Sequence record: NC_020077.1
Strand: one strand, 5' to 3'
DNA length: 64,000 nt
Shown here one piece after another: positions 39,061 through 48,682 of the stretch (the first letter of the stretch is position 1; each line of letters starts with the position of its first letter). The translations under genes and the position numbers were made by a program. A model generated the notes under the pieces. The model had not been told where the DNA came from. It made no database searches and saw nothing but the letters and a program-made list of their open reading frames with translations.

Positions 39061-40252
39061 CCTATCATGCGTAAAGCCACACTTCTTGCATTTTAGAACC
39101 CTAGGTTGCCAGCCTCTCCTCTGGGCATTGTTTGTCATAATATTTAGGCTAGAACCACACTTAGGGCATGTCCTAGAGGTATTTTTAGGGTTTACAAATT
39201 CCACTTTTATACCGTATTCTAATGCCTTTTCTGTAATACGTTTCTGTATTCCTCTTATTGCTGATTGTTTAAGTCTATGTGCATCAAATGATTTAAGTCC
39301 ATCTTTCTTAAGCGCCTTATCCTGGAAATTTTTAGGAAGCTTTTCCAATACAAGAGCAGCATTCTCCTTCTTAACTATCTTTGCTACGAAAGAAGCAACC
39401 TTATCTCTCAGTGCTTTTTTAACACTCTTCTCTCTTAACTTTCTTAAAGCAATACGAAGTGATCTCTTATCATGCGCATGTCTTTCCTGGATAGATTTTC
39501 TTCTGTATGCATAGCCTAACACTACCTTACTGTGATTAGTTACGAGTGTGATTGCTTTATGGTCTGGTAGTGTGAAGAGTGTCACATTATTCTCATTCAC
39601 ATCAATGCCAATTACTCTGTTGTAGTTTGTGTTTGGTTCGACGGTTTTACGAAAAAATACATATAACGTCAGCTTTCTGTCTTCGATTTTCCATCTACAA
39701 GAGTCTCTAAGAGTCCAGCCGCCATTGTAGTGTATGTAAAACTGTTTGTGGAAAAGTAATGGTATTCTTATCCATCCCTTGTGGGTAGAGATTTCAACGC
39801 CTTGGAAAGACAGTTTCCAAGACATATTGCCACAGCTGACAGTCCATTGTTTAACTTCTGGTTTTTCAGTGTAAGCAAGGCCTTTCTTTTTCAGCTTTCT
39901 GAAGGATTCCAGTCTAGATGCTGCATCGCGTATTGCCTGTTGAACATATTGTGATGGTAAGTCTGGGTACTTCTCTCTAAAGTACTTGTATAATTCTTTA
40001 ATCCCTCTTAGCCAAGATGTTGTGCCTTTTTGATACATTACATTTACTGCTTCTTTTACCATTTCACCATATACCTTATAAACATAAGAAAGAGCTTCGG
40101 CCTTTTTTGCCGTTAGCCTTAGTGAGACAAGTTCAACCGTTTTTGTAACCTTTTCGCTCATTACGTACCACCAACCCCTCCCTGGAATCACCAGGCATTG
40201 GGGGCTATCATAAGCAGCGAAGTGAAAATTAATAAACTTTACTTTTTATCTC
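38902..40252 (-). mobile_element. IS200/IS605-family solo-tnpB (IS1341-like) element 1
   Basis: tnpB without tnpA; upstream ~55 bp and downstream end GGGTGACAAGGT shared with element 2. Confidence 0.8.
38908..40161 (-). CDS. tnpB: RNA-guided endonuclease TnpB
   Basis: RuvC-I GIDVNE, RuvC-II VLEKL, Zn finger CPKC/CKKC, RuvC-III DRDVIAAWN; MSEKV start at 40161 (ORF extends to 40191). Confidence 0.93.
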   Translation of the reverse strand: MSEKVTKTVELVSLRLTAKKAEALSYVYKVYGEMVKEAVNVMYQKGTTSWLRGIKELYKYFREKYPDLPSQYVQQAIRDAASRLESFRKLKKKGLAYTEKPEVKQWTVSCGNMSWKLSFQGVEISTHKGWIRIPLLFHKQFYIHYNGGWTLRDSCRWKIEDRKLTLYVFFRKTVEPNTNYNRVIGIDVNENNVTLFTLPDHKAITLVTNHSKVVLGYAYRRKSIQERHAHDKRSLRIALRKLREKSVKKALRDKVASFVAKIVKKENAALVLEKLPKNFQDKALKKDGLKSFDAHRLKQSAIRGIQKRITEKALEYGIKVEFVNPKNTSRTCPKCGSSLNIMTNNAQRRGWQPRVLKCKKCGFTHDRDVIAAWNIAKKLDVSLMPWGSKGAHDPHVEWLVTTVNRKVEAQHPLLTVG

Positions 40253-40277
40253 GTAAGCCAGGTATGAATAAAAACCC

Positions 40278-40325
40278 TTCTCCAAAACTGGAGAATTGTA
40301 ATGACAGTTCTGCAAATTTGGTAAA
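40278..40325. repeat. 48-bp tri-palindromic element, full copy
   Basis: TTCTCCAAAACTGGAGAA-TTGTAATGACAG-TTCTGCAAATTTGGTAAA. Confidence 0.9.
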
Positions 40326-40346
40326 AAAACAGTTAAAATAAATCTT

Positions 40347-40595
40347 CTAGAACTCTGCATAATTCTTTTCTCTAATCTGCCTCATAACCTCATTATACAT
40401 TCTGCGGAATAATTGTTTCATCTCCTCAGCCTTCATCTGGAATAGCTCAGCTGCGCTCAGTTGATCTGCGATATATGTCTTTATGATATTATGTATCATA
40501 GGTTCAAGGTCCTTCCTTTCTATGACTAAGAGCGTATTACAACAAACTATCTCACAAAGCACATCGTCACATTCGACCTTAAACATTGTTCTCAT
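40347..40595 (-). CDS. Hypothetical protein
   Basis: 82-aa ORF with late-type promoter at 40620-40630. Confidence 0.6.
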   Translation of the reverse strand: MRTMFKVECDDVLCEIVCCNTLLVIERKDLEPMIHNIIKTYIADQLSAAELFQMKAEEMKQLFRRMYNEVMRQIREKNYAEF

Positions 40596-40675
40596 GTGGT
40601 AAGAAAAGAAAAATAAAAAATAAAAAGACTCGCTAAGTATAAGTCTTTAAAATTCCAACAACGTATTTATAAATT

Positions 40676-43600
40676 ATGAAGAGTGGTGAGTTAATAATCC
40701 GTCTTCTCCTCCTTAATTTACTCCTAACTAGCATCATATTAGTTGCGACAGGAATAAAAGCAGATTCAAGTGTCTCAGCACAGCCAATTGGGCAAGCAAC
40801 AGTGTACACAGCACCTTACACATCAACAAGCTTCGTACTTAACACCACAGTAAATCCAATAAACCCAATAGCAAGTAATATAAGACTATTCAAGTACCCA
40901 AACCTAACTGGGCCAATACAGGCTTTCGTATCACAAGGCTGGTCATCGATATCATCTGGATCATACCCAACGTCAAGAGTAATAAAAGTAGTGCCGGGCA
41001 GTGGAGTTAGTGGCGTGTACCCAGATTACTTGTTTAATGGATCGATGTTCAGAGTAGGAAGTGTAGTAGAATCAACTGCGTGGAGTCCAGCACCTAAACC
41101 TTATTATCAAGGGAATTTACTAGTGATAAATTCGACTGGTTCAACAGCTGGGCAATACATAGGATGGGCTTTTTCACCTTCAACAACAACACTTAATGTT
41201 ACGATACACGTAGTATCATTCCCAGAGCGTTATGCTAATCCAGGCATTGATCTTCTTAGTCCGAATGTAGGAAACCAGACAAATGATGGACAGGCTGGAT
41301 ATTATTTACTTCTTGTTGATCTTTATGGTAGTTCAATATACTACCATGGACCATCTGTTAACTGGCAACAGTTATATACTTCACTGCCACAACCTAATCC
41401 AAGCTATCCATTTACTTTTAGTATTATATACACGGAGAATAGTGCTGGTAATGTAACAGTTGCTGAAATAGGAATAAACGGTACGTATACAACAATCAAT
41501 GTAAATACGCCATTTCCTTGGACACAGATTGGTTATGTAGCAATAAGAGAAGATCCAAATAATTTAATCTACGTCTCCTATTTGGCAGCATCTAGCGGTT
41601 CAGTATTTGTGCAATTCCTCCCAACATCTTCGATAGGTGAAGCAGTGAAATATCCATCTTTAATAGAGTCAACTACTTGGAGTCCATCACCTACACCTTA
41701 TTATCAAGGGAATTTGTTAGTGGTAAATACAAGTAATGATGCAAATCTGCAATATATAGGATGGGCTTTTTCACCTTCAACAACAACACTTAATGTTACG
41801 ATACACGTAGTATCATTCCCAGAGCGTAATAATAACCCAGGCATTACAATTTATAGCCCAAATATAGGAAACCAAACAACCGATAGTAATAATGGATTTT
41901 ATGTACTTCTTGTTGATTTTTATGGTGATACAGTATGGTATCATGGGCTATCTACTGGCTGGCAACCGTTATATGGATCATTCCCGCAACCTAATCCAAA
42001 CTATCCGTTTACTTTCTCTGTCATATATACAGAAAATAGTGCTGGGAATGTAACAGTGGCAGAAATAGGGATAAACGGTACGTACACGACAGTGAACTAT
42101 AACACACCATTCCCATGGTCACAAATAGGTTATGTAGCAATACATGGGGATCATACTGATTTATTCTACGTCTCTTATTTCGCAGCATCCAGCGGCCCAA
42201 TATTTGCGCAATTCGTCCCACCACGAGAATTACAATATCCACCTTTCGTAGAGTCAACTGCCTGGAGTCCAGCACCTAAACCTTATTATCAAGGGAATTT
42301 GTTAGTGATAAATTCGACCGGTTCAGTAGCCGGGCAATATATAGGATGGGCTTTTTCACCTTCAACAACAACACTTAATGTTACGATACACGTAGTATCA
42401 TTCCCAGAGCGTTATGCTAATCCAGGCATTGATCTTCTTAGTCCGAATGTAGGAAACCAGACAAATGATGGACAGGCTGGATATTATTTACTTCTTGTTG
42501 ATCTTTATGGTAGTTCAATATACTACCATGGACCATCTGTTAACTGGCAACAGTTATATACTTCACTGCCACAACCTAATCCAAGCTATCCATTTACTTT
42601 TAGTATTATATACACGGAGAATAGTGCTGGTAATGTAACAGTTGCTGAAATAGGAATAAACGGTACGTATACAACAATCAATGTAAATACGCCATTTCCT
42701 TGGACACAGATTGGTTATGTAGCAATAAGAGAAGATCCAAATAATTTAATCTACGTCTCCTATTTGGCAGCCTCAAGTGGCCAACCAGGTACTTATCCAG
42801 TTGTCTTTGTTCCATCATACACTGTTAACGCTAATCCTTTCCCAATCTTTCGTTTCCCATCAACTATTACTCAAGCTTACCTAGTGTATAATAATAACAC
42901 CGTGTTCTTGTCATCGATAGATGCTGGTGGCCAATTCTTCTTGAATATTCCATTAAAAATGCAATGGGAGCCATTCACCTACTTTGGCCTAAGTGCATAT
43001 CAGCTTCTAACTGTTGTTAATGCACCAACTACTGGTTACCTTGCCGCTTTCCCATATCCTTTAACGTATAATTACTTTACTTCGCCTGGGCCTTTCACTT
43101 CTGTTCCATCGACTGTAATAACTCCAACGTTTAGTAAAACTACGTATCAATTAACTAACGTTTCAATACAACAGCTGACATTATTCACCTCTGCTGGTAG
43201 TGTCACAACTTCAACGCAAGCTTACGTTTTGCCCAACATAGGGGCGTGGACTTATGCTTCAGTGCAATACCCAACTTCAGTGAGTGTAATAGTGAATAAT
43301 ACTGTGCAAAAGCTTAGTGTGAGTGGCGCATCTGTAACTGTCACAGCATCATACCCAACGACAGTAATAGCCCCAGACAATTTAATACCCCCACCAAATG
43401 CACAAGTAAGTGTATACAATGCTACTTTTAACAAAATAGTTATATCTTCAACGTCAACCTTCACATTTAGTACACAGATAGTACAGTCTGGATTGCCAAC
43501 GTTTGGGCTGGTGCTGCCAGTGTGGTATTATGTTTCGCTAGGGACTGGAACGATTGGCGTACCATTAGAACAAGTGCCTATGATATTGGGTAATAAACTA

Positions 43601-45319
43601 TTTGCATTCTTGCCAGAAGTTGTGTCAACTACCTGGAGTCCATCACCTACACCTTATTATCAAGGGAATTTGTTAGTTATAAATACAAGTAATGTTGCAC
43701 ATCTGGAATATATAGGATGGGCTTTTATGCCTTCAACAACAACACTAAATGTCACAATACACGTAGTATCATTCCCAGAGCGTAATAATAACCCAGGCAT
43801 TACAATTTATAGCCCAAATATAGGAAACCAAAGTGATGATAGTAATGGCGGATTTTATGTACTTCTTGTTGATTTTTATGGTGATACAGTATGGTACCAT
43901 GGACCATCTACTGGCTGGCAACCGTTATACGGTTCATTCCCGCAACCTAATCCAAACTATCCGTTTACTTTCACTGTCATCTTTACGGAAAATAGTGCTG
44001 GGAATGTAACAGTGGCAGAAATAGGGATAAACGGTACGTACACGACAGTGAACTATAACACACCATTCCCATGGTCACAAATAGGTTATGTAGCAATACA
44101 TGGGGATCATTCTAATTTATTCTACGTCTCCTATTTCTCAGCATCTAGCGGCCCAACTTCCATCACTTTCGTTTCTCCCTCCTACATCTTCTTAAACAGT
44201 TGGGTATCTTCTTATGTTGTACCTAGCTATCTAAACACGCCCTATGCTTTACCTTACTCTGTATCACAAACTAGCGCTCAAGTTGGCCAATACACCCTTT
44301 CGCAAGGTTTGAACTACGTTTCCTATTCATTTACGCCGGGTTACGTTGCTACTGCTATATTATACTATAACTCTACTCCAGTCCTAGCAAATCTACTATC
44401 ACCCTACATTTCTTACAAGTTCTCTTCACTAACTTTATCATTCTCTACTGCAACAGCTGCAATGTTTTCTAACTTCCCTATTCCAGCTCCTCAGCTACTA
44501 AGTAGTTATATTCCAGCTGGTTCTGTTCTTTATCAAGACCCTATCATATACTACATTTCTCCAACTACAGTTACAATGTATAATACTACGACACTAGCTA
44601 GTTTGCAAAGTTCTAACGCTAGTTCTAGCAGTGCGACTACTACTACTCCACCGCCTTCATCATCTACAAATACTACTACACAATCTATTTCCCCTGGCCA
44701 AATGCAGATAGTGTATAATGGTACAACTGTAATAAGGATAAACCTTGTTACTTTTCCATCAATTACAGTGTCTGAGATTGGCCAAATTATAGCTATGCCT
44801 ATTGTTAACTCATCTGGCGCTTATCTATACCTCTACAACTATAATCAGTCTGCCAATTTCAATGTAACTGTCGCTTATGAATTTAGTAATGGTAGTGTGG
44901 AAACAGTGAATGTTCGTGTTAATTCGATAATTCCAATTCCAGTGCCATATCTGGATTTGCCAGTTAAGGTTAATATAACTGTGTTAAACAAATCTATTAC
45001 TTTTAACATAACGCCAATTCAATTGGGTAGTTCACGATTAGCTCAAAATCTGTACAATGAGATTGCAAATGGCTTGCCTTATCCTTTCAGTCTCTTTGGT
45101 ACTCTTCTTGCTAATCTATTCTTCTCTGTATTTGGCATATCAGCGATATTAAGGAATAATTTGAGATTACTTGGAATAGGCGGAATTGCGTATGGTGCAT
45201 TTATAGCCCCAGGCTTGCTAGACTTAGGCTTCCCGTTGTTTCCTACTGTTATGAGTGCGTTAGTAGCGATTGGTGTAGGTCTTGTTGCAATATGGGCAAG
45301 TACGAGAAGTACTAGTTAA
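40676..45319 (+). CDS. Large membrane-anchored adhesin / receptor-binding candidate with four beta-sandwich-like repeats
   Basis: Signal peptide, four 178-aa repeats, S/T-rich stalk, C-terminal TM helices, many N-glycosylation sequons. Confidence 0.75.
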   Translation: MKSGELIIRLLLLNLLLTSIILVATGIKADSSVSAQPIGQATVYTAPYTSTSFVLNTTVNPINPIASNIRLFKYPNLTGPIQAFVSQGWSSISSGSYPTSRVIKVVPGSGVSGVYPDYLFNGSMFRVGSVVESTAWSPAPKPYYQGNLLVINSTGSTAGQYIGWAFSPSTTTLNVTIHVVSFPERYANPGIDLLSPNVGNQTNDGQAGYYLLLVDLYGSSIYYHGPSVNWQQLYTSLPQPNPSYPFTFSIIYTENSAGNVTVAEIGINGTYTTINVNTPFPWTQIGYVAIREDPNNLIYVSYLAASSGSVFVQFLPTSSIGEAVKYPSLIESTTWSPSPTPYYQGNLLVVNTSNDANLQYIGWAFSPSTTTLNVTIHVVSFPERNNNPGITIYSPNIGNQTTDSNNGFYVLLVDFYGDTVWYHGLSTGWQPLYGSFPQPNPNYPFTFSVIYTENSAGNVTVAEIGINGTYTTVNYNTPFPWSQIGYVAIHGDHTDLFYVSYFAASSGPIFAQFVPPRELQYPPFVESTAWSPAPKPYYQGNLLVINSTGSVAGQYIGWAFSPSTTTLNVTIHVVSFPERYANPGIDLLSPNVGNQTNDGQAGYYLLLVDLYGSSIYYHGPSVNWQQLYTSLPQPNPSYPFTFSIIYTENSAGNVTVAEIGINGTYTTINVNTPFPWTQIGYVAIREDPNNLIYVSYLAASSGQPGTYPVVFVPSYTVNANPFPIFRFPSTITQAYLVYNNNTVFLSSIDAGGQFFLNIPLKMQWEPFTYFGLSAYQLLTVVNAPTTGYLAAFPYPLTYNYFTSPGPFTSVPSTVITPTFSKTTYQLTNVSIQQLTLFTSAGSVTTSTQAYVLPNIGAWTYASVQYPTSVSVIVNNTVQKLSVSGASVTVTASYPTTVIAPDNLIPPPNAQVSVYNATFNKIVISSTSTFTFSTQIVQSGLPTFGLVLPVWYYVSLGTGTIGVPLEQVPMILGNKLFAFLPEVVSTTWSPSPTPYYQGNLLVINTSNVAHLEYIGWAFMPSTTTLNVTIHVVSFPERNNNPGITIYSPNIGNQSDDSNGGFYVLLVDFYGDTVWYHGPSTGWQPLYGSFPQPNPNYPFTFTVIFTENSAGNVTVAEIGINGTYTTVNYNTPFPWSQIGYVAIHGDHSNLFYVSYFSASSGPTSITFVSPSYIFLNSWVSSYVVPSYLNTPYALPYSVSQTSAQVGQYTLSQGLNYVSYSFTPGYVATAILYYNSTPVLANLLSPYISYKFSSLTLSFSTATAAMFSNFPIPAPQLLSSYIPAGSVLYQDPIIYYISPTTVTMYNTTTLASLQSSNASSSSATTTTPPPSSSTNTTTQSISPGQMQIVYNGTTVIRINLVTFPSITVSEIGQIIAMPIVNSSGAYLYLYNYNQSANFNVTVAYEFSNGSVETVNVRVNSIIPIPVPYLDLPVKVNITVLNKSITFNITPIQLGSSRLAQNLYNEIANGLPYPFSLFGTLLANLFFSVFGISAILRNNLRLLGIGGIAYGAFIAPGLLDLGFPLFPTVMSALVAIGVGLVAIWASTRSTS
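41066..44151 (+). repeat. Four 533-bp intragenic repeats in A-B-A-B order
   Basis: A1 41066-41598, B1 41663-42195, A2 42248-42780, B2 43619-44151. Confidence 0.92.
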
Positions 45320-45328
45320 TTTTTTTAT

Positions 45329-45679
45329 TTATTGTGAAGAAGTTTGAGAAGGTTTTTCTATTACCTCCTTGTAAAAAACATTTAACCACTTGTCTACATA
45401 AAGTGCTATAGCTGTTTTTATGATGATGGCTGGCGTAACGTTTCTCCTCTTTGCTAGCTCTTCTATTGCTTCGACCAGATTGCGATCTAATTTCATAACC
45501 TTTATATGCCTTTTTCCTGGCTTAATGTAATACTTGTCGATTGGGTTTTGCAGGTACTCTATCAATGCCTCATTTATTAGCTGTGCCTGATCCTTCTTAA
45601 GAAAGTTTGACACTTTTTGGAGGCTGTCAAATAGGTGATTATCTAAGGGAAATCTAACTTGAACTCTCTGCCCTGCCAT
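45329..45679 (-). CDS. Tandem two-RHH DNA-binding protein
   Basis: RVQVRFPLDNHLFDSL...LINEAL and IKVMKLDRNLVEAI...IIKTAI. Confidence 0.8.
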   Translation of the reverse strand: MAGQRVQVRFPLDNHLFDSLQKVSNFLKKDQAQLINEALIEYLQNPIDKYYIKPGKRHIKVMKLDRNLVEAIEELAKRRNVTPAIIIKTAIALYVDKWLNVFYKEVIEKPSQTSSQ

Positions 45680-45731
45680 ACGTTTTTGCTCTTCATTCTA
45701 GTATTTAAATCTTTCTGACCTAATGAAGATA

Positions 45732-46283
45732 CTACGAATTTACGATACGCGCTAAGTAATCTTCCGCCTCCTTCGTTTGAACATAAGTCAGAATGTGGCG
45801 CAAGCTCTTATGCCCAGTTATTTTTGCAACCACTTCAGCCGGTAATCCATCTTTTATTGCTTTTGTTATAAAAGCATAACGGAAAGAATGCGTATTTACA
45901 CCATAACGCCTTTTACAAAACATCTTAACTGCTGCAATCATTTTCCTTTCACTTTTTGTAAGGATGATGGAATAATACTTTTTGTAAGTGATTATTTTGG
46001 GGATGATGATTTTTCTTTCATTCCCGCCTTTTTCAGCCTTTAAGATGATTGTTCTTTCTTTGCCACCAACCTCTACAAATTGGTAGAAAGCCTTAACTGC
46101 TTCGCCTATTCGTGTACCATTTGTAAGTTGTGTAAGTAAAATTGCAACGTAAATCTCTTTGTCAAAATCTTCAGCGGAGTTTTGCGAGAATTGCTTATAG
46201 TCTTTTTCTAAGGTTTTTCTCATCTTGTCAAAGTCAACTCCCTTGTCCCACTTGAATATTGTCTTCCCTTCTTCTATTGCCAC
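45732..46283 (-). CDS. Minimal tyrosine recombinase (catalytic domain only)
   Basis: GTRIGEA (R), KAEKGG (K), THSFRY (HxxR), TGHKS (H), LTYV (Y); 183 aa. Confidence 0.88.
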   Translation of the reverse strand: MAIEEGKTIFKWDKGVDFDKMRKTLEKDYKQFSQNSAEDFDKEIYVAILLTQLTNGTRIGEAVKAFYQFVEVGGKERTIILKAEKGGNERKIIIPKIITYKKYYSIILTKSERKMIAAVKMFCKRRYGVNTHSFRYAFITKAIKDGLPAEVVAKITGHKSLRHILTYVQTKEAEDYLARIVNS

Positions 46284-46427
46284 ACTTTCATTTTAGATTA
46301 AGCAGTTAAAAATATTCTTTCTGTAAAATTGGAGAAGTAAAGGGAACTAAAAGAGGTCAAAAGTAACGTGTTTATGACGTTGCTGATTATAGAAAGTTTT
46401 AAATATTAGAAAAACAGAACCTAAAAT

Positions 46428-46580
46428 ATGCCATTCAAATGTCCGGTCTGCGGTGAATTCGGAACGCTATATGTTAAAAAAGTAGAAAAAAGAAGATGCC
46501 ATTATTATATAAATCATTATAATAAAAAGCACTGCTACATAGGGCCAGTAAATGATTGTAGTGGTTTTGTAGAGATTTAG
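46428..46580 (+). pseudogene. Truncated duplicate of the zinc-finger gene at 46763
   Basis: MPFKCPVCGEFGTLYVKK...HCYIGPVND then diverges to a stop; own copy of 18-mer (46319) and promoter (46391). Confidence 0.75.
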
Positions 46581-46762
46581 AGAAGCATTCATAACTTATG
46601 TATACATAAGTAAGGTAAATCTTTTTTTTCCAAAATTACCGCTCTTATCTTCTTTCTATAAAATTGTAGAAACAAAGGGCAGTGAAAGACGTAAAAAATG
46701 ACGAGTTCATAACGTTAGTGATTATAGAAAGTTTTAAATACAAGAAAAACAGATCCTAACAT

Positions 46763-47203
46763 ATGTCAACCAAATGCCCAATTTGTGGTGAAAATGGAAC
46801 CCTATACATCAAAAAGTCAGGAAAAAGAAAATATTATTATATAAACCATAATAATAAAAAGCACTGCTACCTAGGGCCGGTAGATGAGTATGTACATGTC
46901 GTAATGAATTATTTAAAAGTTTTTGGCAAACTCCATTTAACAAATGTGAGAGATGCTGATCTAATTGCTGTAATGATGGAGATACTCGATGTACTTGAAG
47001 AGAGATATAAGGGATCAAAAGACTTGAAACTGAAGGCAGATCTAAGGATGATAAGGGACAGGATAGGCAAGATACTAGAGGAAAGCGATACTCAAGCTGG
47101 CCAAGATGAGAAGCAAGAACAAAAAGTAGTGGAAATAATAGAAGGAGATGGCAAAGATGGGAAAGTAGAAAAACCAGTGGAAATAGAGGTACAACATCTT
47201 TAA
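46763..47203 (+). CDS. Zinc-binding (CxxC...H...C) small protein
   Basis: CPICGENG...YYYINH...HCYLGP; early-type promoter AGAAAGTTTTAAATA at 46726-46740. Confidence 0.75.
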   Translation: MSTKCPICGENGTLYIKKSGKRKYYYINHNNKKHCYLGPVDEYVHVVMNYLKVFGKLHLTNVRDADLIAVMMEILDVLEERYKGSKDLKLKADLRMIRDRIGKILEESDTQAGQDEKQEQKVVEIIEGDGKDGKVEKPVEIEVQHL

Positions 47204-47230
47204 ATTATCTTTCTTTTTCTTTTATTTAAT

Positions 47231-47659
47231 ATGTATAATGAAGTTTTGCTTAGATTTGTTGAAGATCTCGGCGATGCGCTTGACATGTACGATATAAGCG
47301 CGCGCAAAATAGCCCCTCACATTGGGCCTTTCGTCTTAAATGAACTGAAAAGAACGATAAGAGAGTACTTGAACACAACTGATATCATAAATTATGTTGA
47401 TTTAAGGCAACTCAACGAGGCAAAAAATGCTAAAGCGCTGCTAATGGCCTTTATACAGGTTTTGGATGTTGGTTTGGCGAAAAGCTATCAATTTGCTGGA
47501 TTTGGCTATCAAACTACACTGGCTAGAACGCAAGCAATAATGACAATAATAAAAAACATCGTGCTTGAAGTTTCAAAAGATTTGGGACTTCCGGAAATTG
47601 AAGAAAAATTGAATGCACTAGAAAAGATACAATTGCAAAGCGGTAATGCTACTTCTTAG
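47231..47659 (+). CDS. Hypothetical helical protein
   Basis: 142-aa ORF. Confidence 0.7.
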   Translation: MYNEVLLRFVEDLGDALDMYDISARKIAPHIGPFVLNELKRTIREYLNTTDIINYVDLRQLNEAKNAKALLMAFIQVLDVGLAKSYQFAGFGYQTTLARTQAIMTIIKNIVLEVSKDLGLPEIEEKLNALEKIQLQSGNATS

Positions 47660-47994
47660 CTTATCCTCTGTATCAATCTCGCGAGCAATACGATAGTGCT
47701 TATGCCCATGAAGACGATATATATTGCGTTAAGCGTATCTGCATAACCTACTGTTACGTAAACTGTTGTATTCGTTGCGGAAGTTGTCATATTAATGCCA
47801 GGCGTTGAAAGGATATATTGATCTGAAGAAAGATACAAAATTGTGGCGTAAATCATACCTAATACTATCAAAACGTCATAGCGAAAACTACCGCTAAAAC
47901 GATAAAGCATAAAGCCAGTGATTGCTATAAAAATGCTGACTATAACAATAAATATTATGTATTGCGTAAGTGTTGGAAGGACTACATAACCCAT
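47656..47994 (-). CDS. Small membrane protein
   Basis: Three hydrophobic segments. Confidence 0.6.
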   Translation of the reverse strand: MGYVVLPTLTQYIIFIVIVSIFIAITGFMLYRFSGSFRYDVLIVLGMIYATILYLSSDQYILSTPGINMTTSATNTTVYVTVGYADTLNAIYIVFMGISTIVLLARLIQRIS

Positions 47995-48033
47995 TTTGGG
48001 TCACTATCAAAGAAAGGAAAAAAATAGATCAGC

Positions 48034-48174
48034 TTAAGCGTGATTTAATAACTTCTGCAGAGCTTTGTCTTCTTCCTCTTCTTCCCTTTTCTCTTTCTCT
48101 GTCTCTTCTTGGTTATCAAGTACTCTCTTATGCTCCTTCTTCATTTTTTCGAGGACTTCCTTATAACTGCTCAT
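48034..48174 (-). CDS. Small highly charged protein (46 aa, not in ORF track)
   Basis: MSSYKEVLEKMKKEHKRVLDNQEETEKEKREEEEEDKALQKLLNHA; TTTAAA about 30 bp upstream. Confidence 0.5.
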   Translation of the reverse strand: MSSYKEVLEKMKKEHKRVLDNQEETEKEKREEEEEDKALQKLLNHA

Positions 48175-48256
48175 CTCATTAGTAATCTCTTTATACACAT
48201 TTTTAAACTTTTGCTTGGTGCGAAAGGTTTAAAATAAAAAGATAGAAAAAATAAAA

Positions 48257-48682
48257 ATGATGACAACGATCAATGTATTTCAACTACATGGATTAAAGAC
48301 AAGGCTATACTACGAGGCCTTTGCCGCTGGAATGCAATCAATAATAAATGAGTTTTACAAAAAAGGTATCTCACCTATTCAAATTAGCGATGAATACGTT
48401 CTTGATAACAACTACTTCGATCAACAAGTTACATTTGGTGATGATGGTACATTTAAGATAATAAGTACAATAAGGCATTACGGCCTAAATAGTAAAAAAG
48501 AAATCTTGATTGATTTTGTCTATACGCAGAGTGTGGATAAAAAGACAATGCAAATAAAGGCAAGGATTGATGATGACATACTTGCTGGCCCAGAGATTGA
48601 TTATCAAAAATACCTAGAGATCTATTACGATGTGGTAGATAAGCTGGCCTCTGAGCTTGACTCTAAACTTGAAAAGGAATAA
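48257..48682 (+). CDS. Hypothetical acidic protein
   Basis: 141-aa ORF. Confidence 0.7.
   Translation: MMTTINVFQLHGLKTRLYYEAFAAGMQSIINEFYKKGISPIQISDEYVLDNNYFDQQVTFGDDGTFKIISTIRHYGLNSKKEILIDFVYTQSVDKKTMQIKARIDDDILAGPEIDYQKYLEIYYDVVDKLASELDSKLEKE

Noticed and set aside
41066-44151. Diversity-generating retroelement (template/variable repeat)
   Set aside because: No reverse transcriptase; differences are not adenine-specific; all repeats are in frame within one gene
45732-46283. SSV1-type integrase with attP/tRNA target, or an integrated provirus boundary
   Set aside because: No tRNA-like segment, no partitioned int fragments and no host genes in the window
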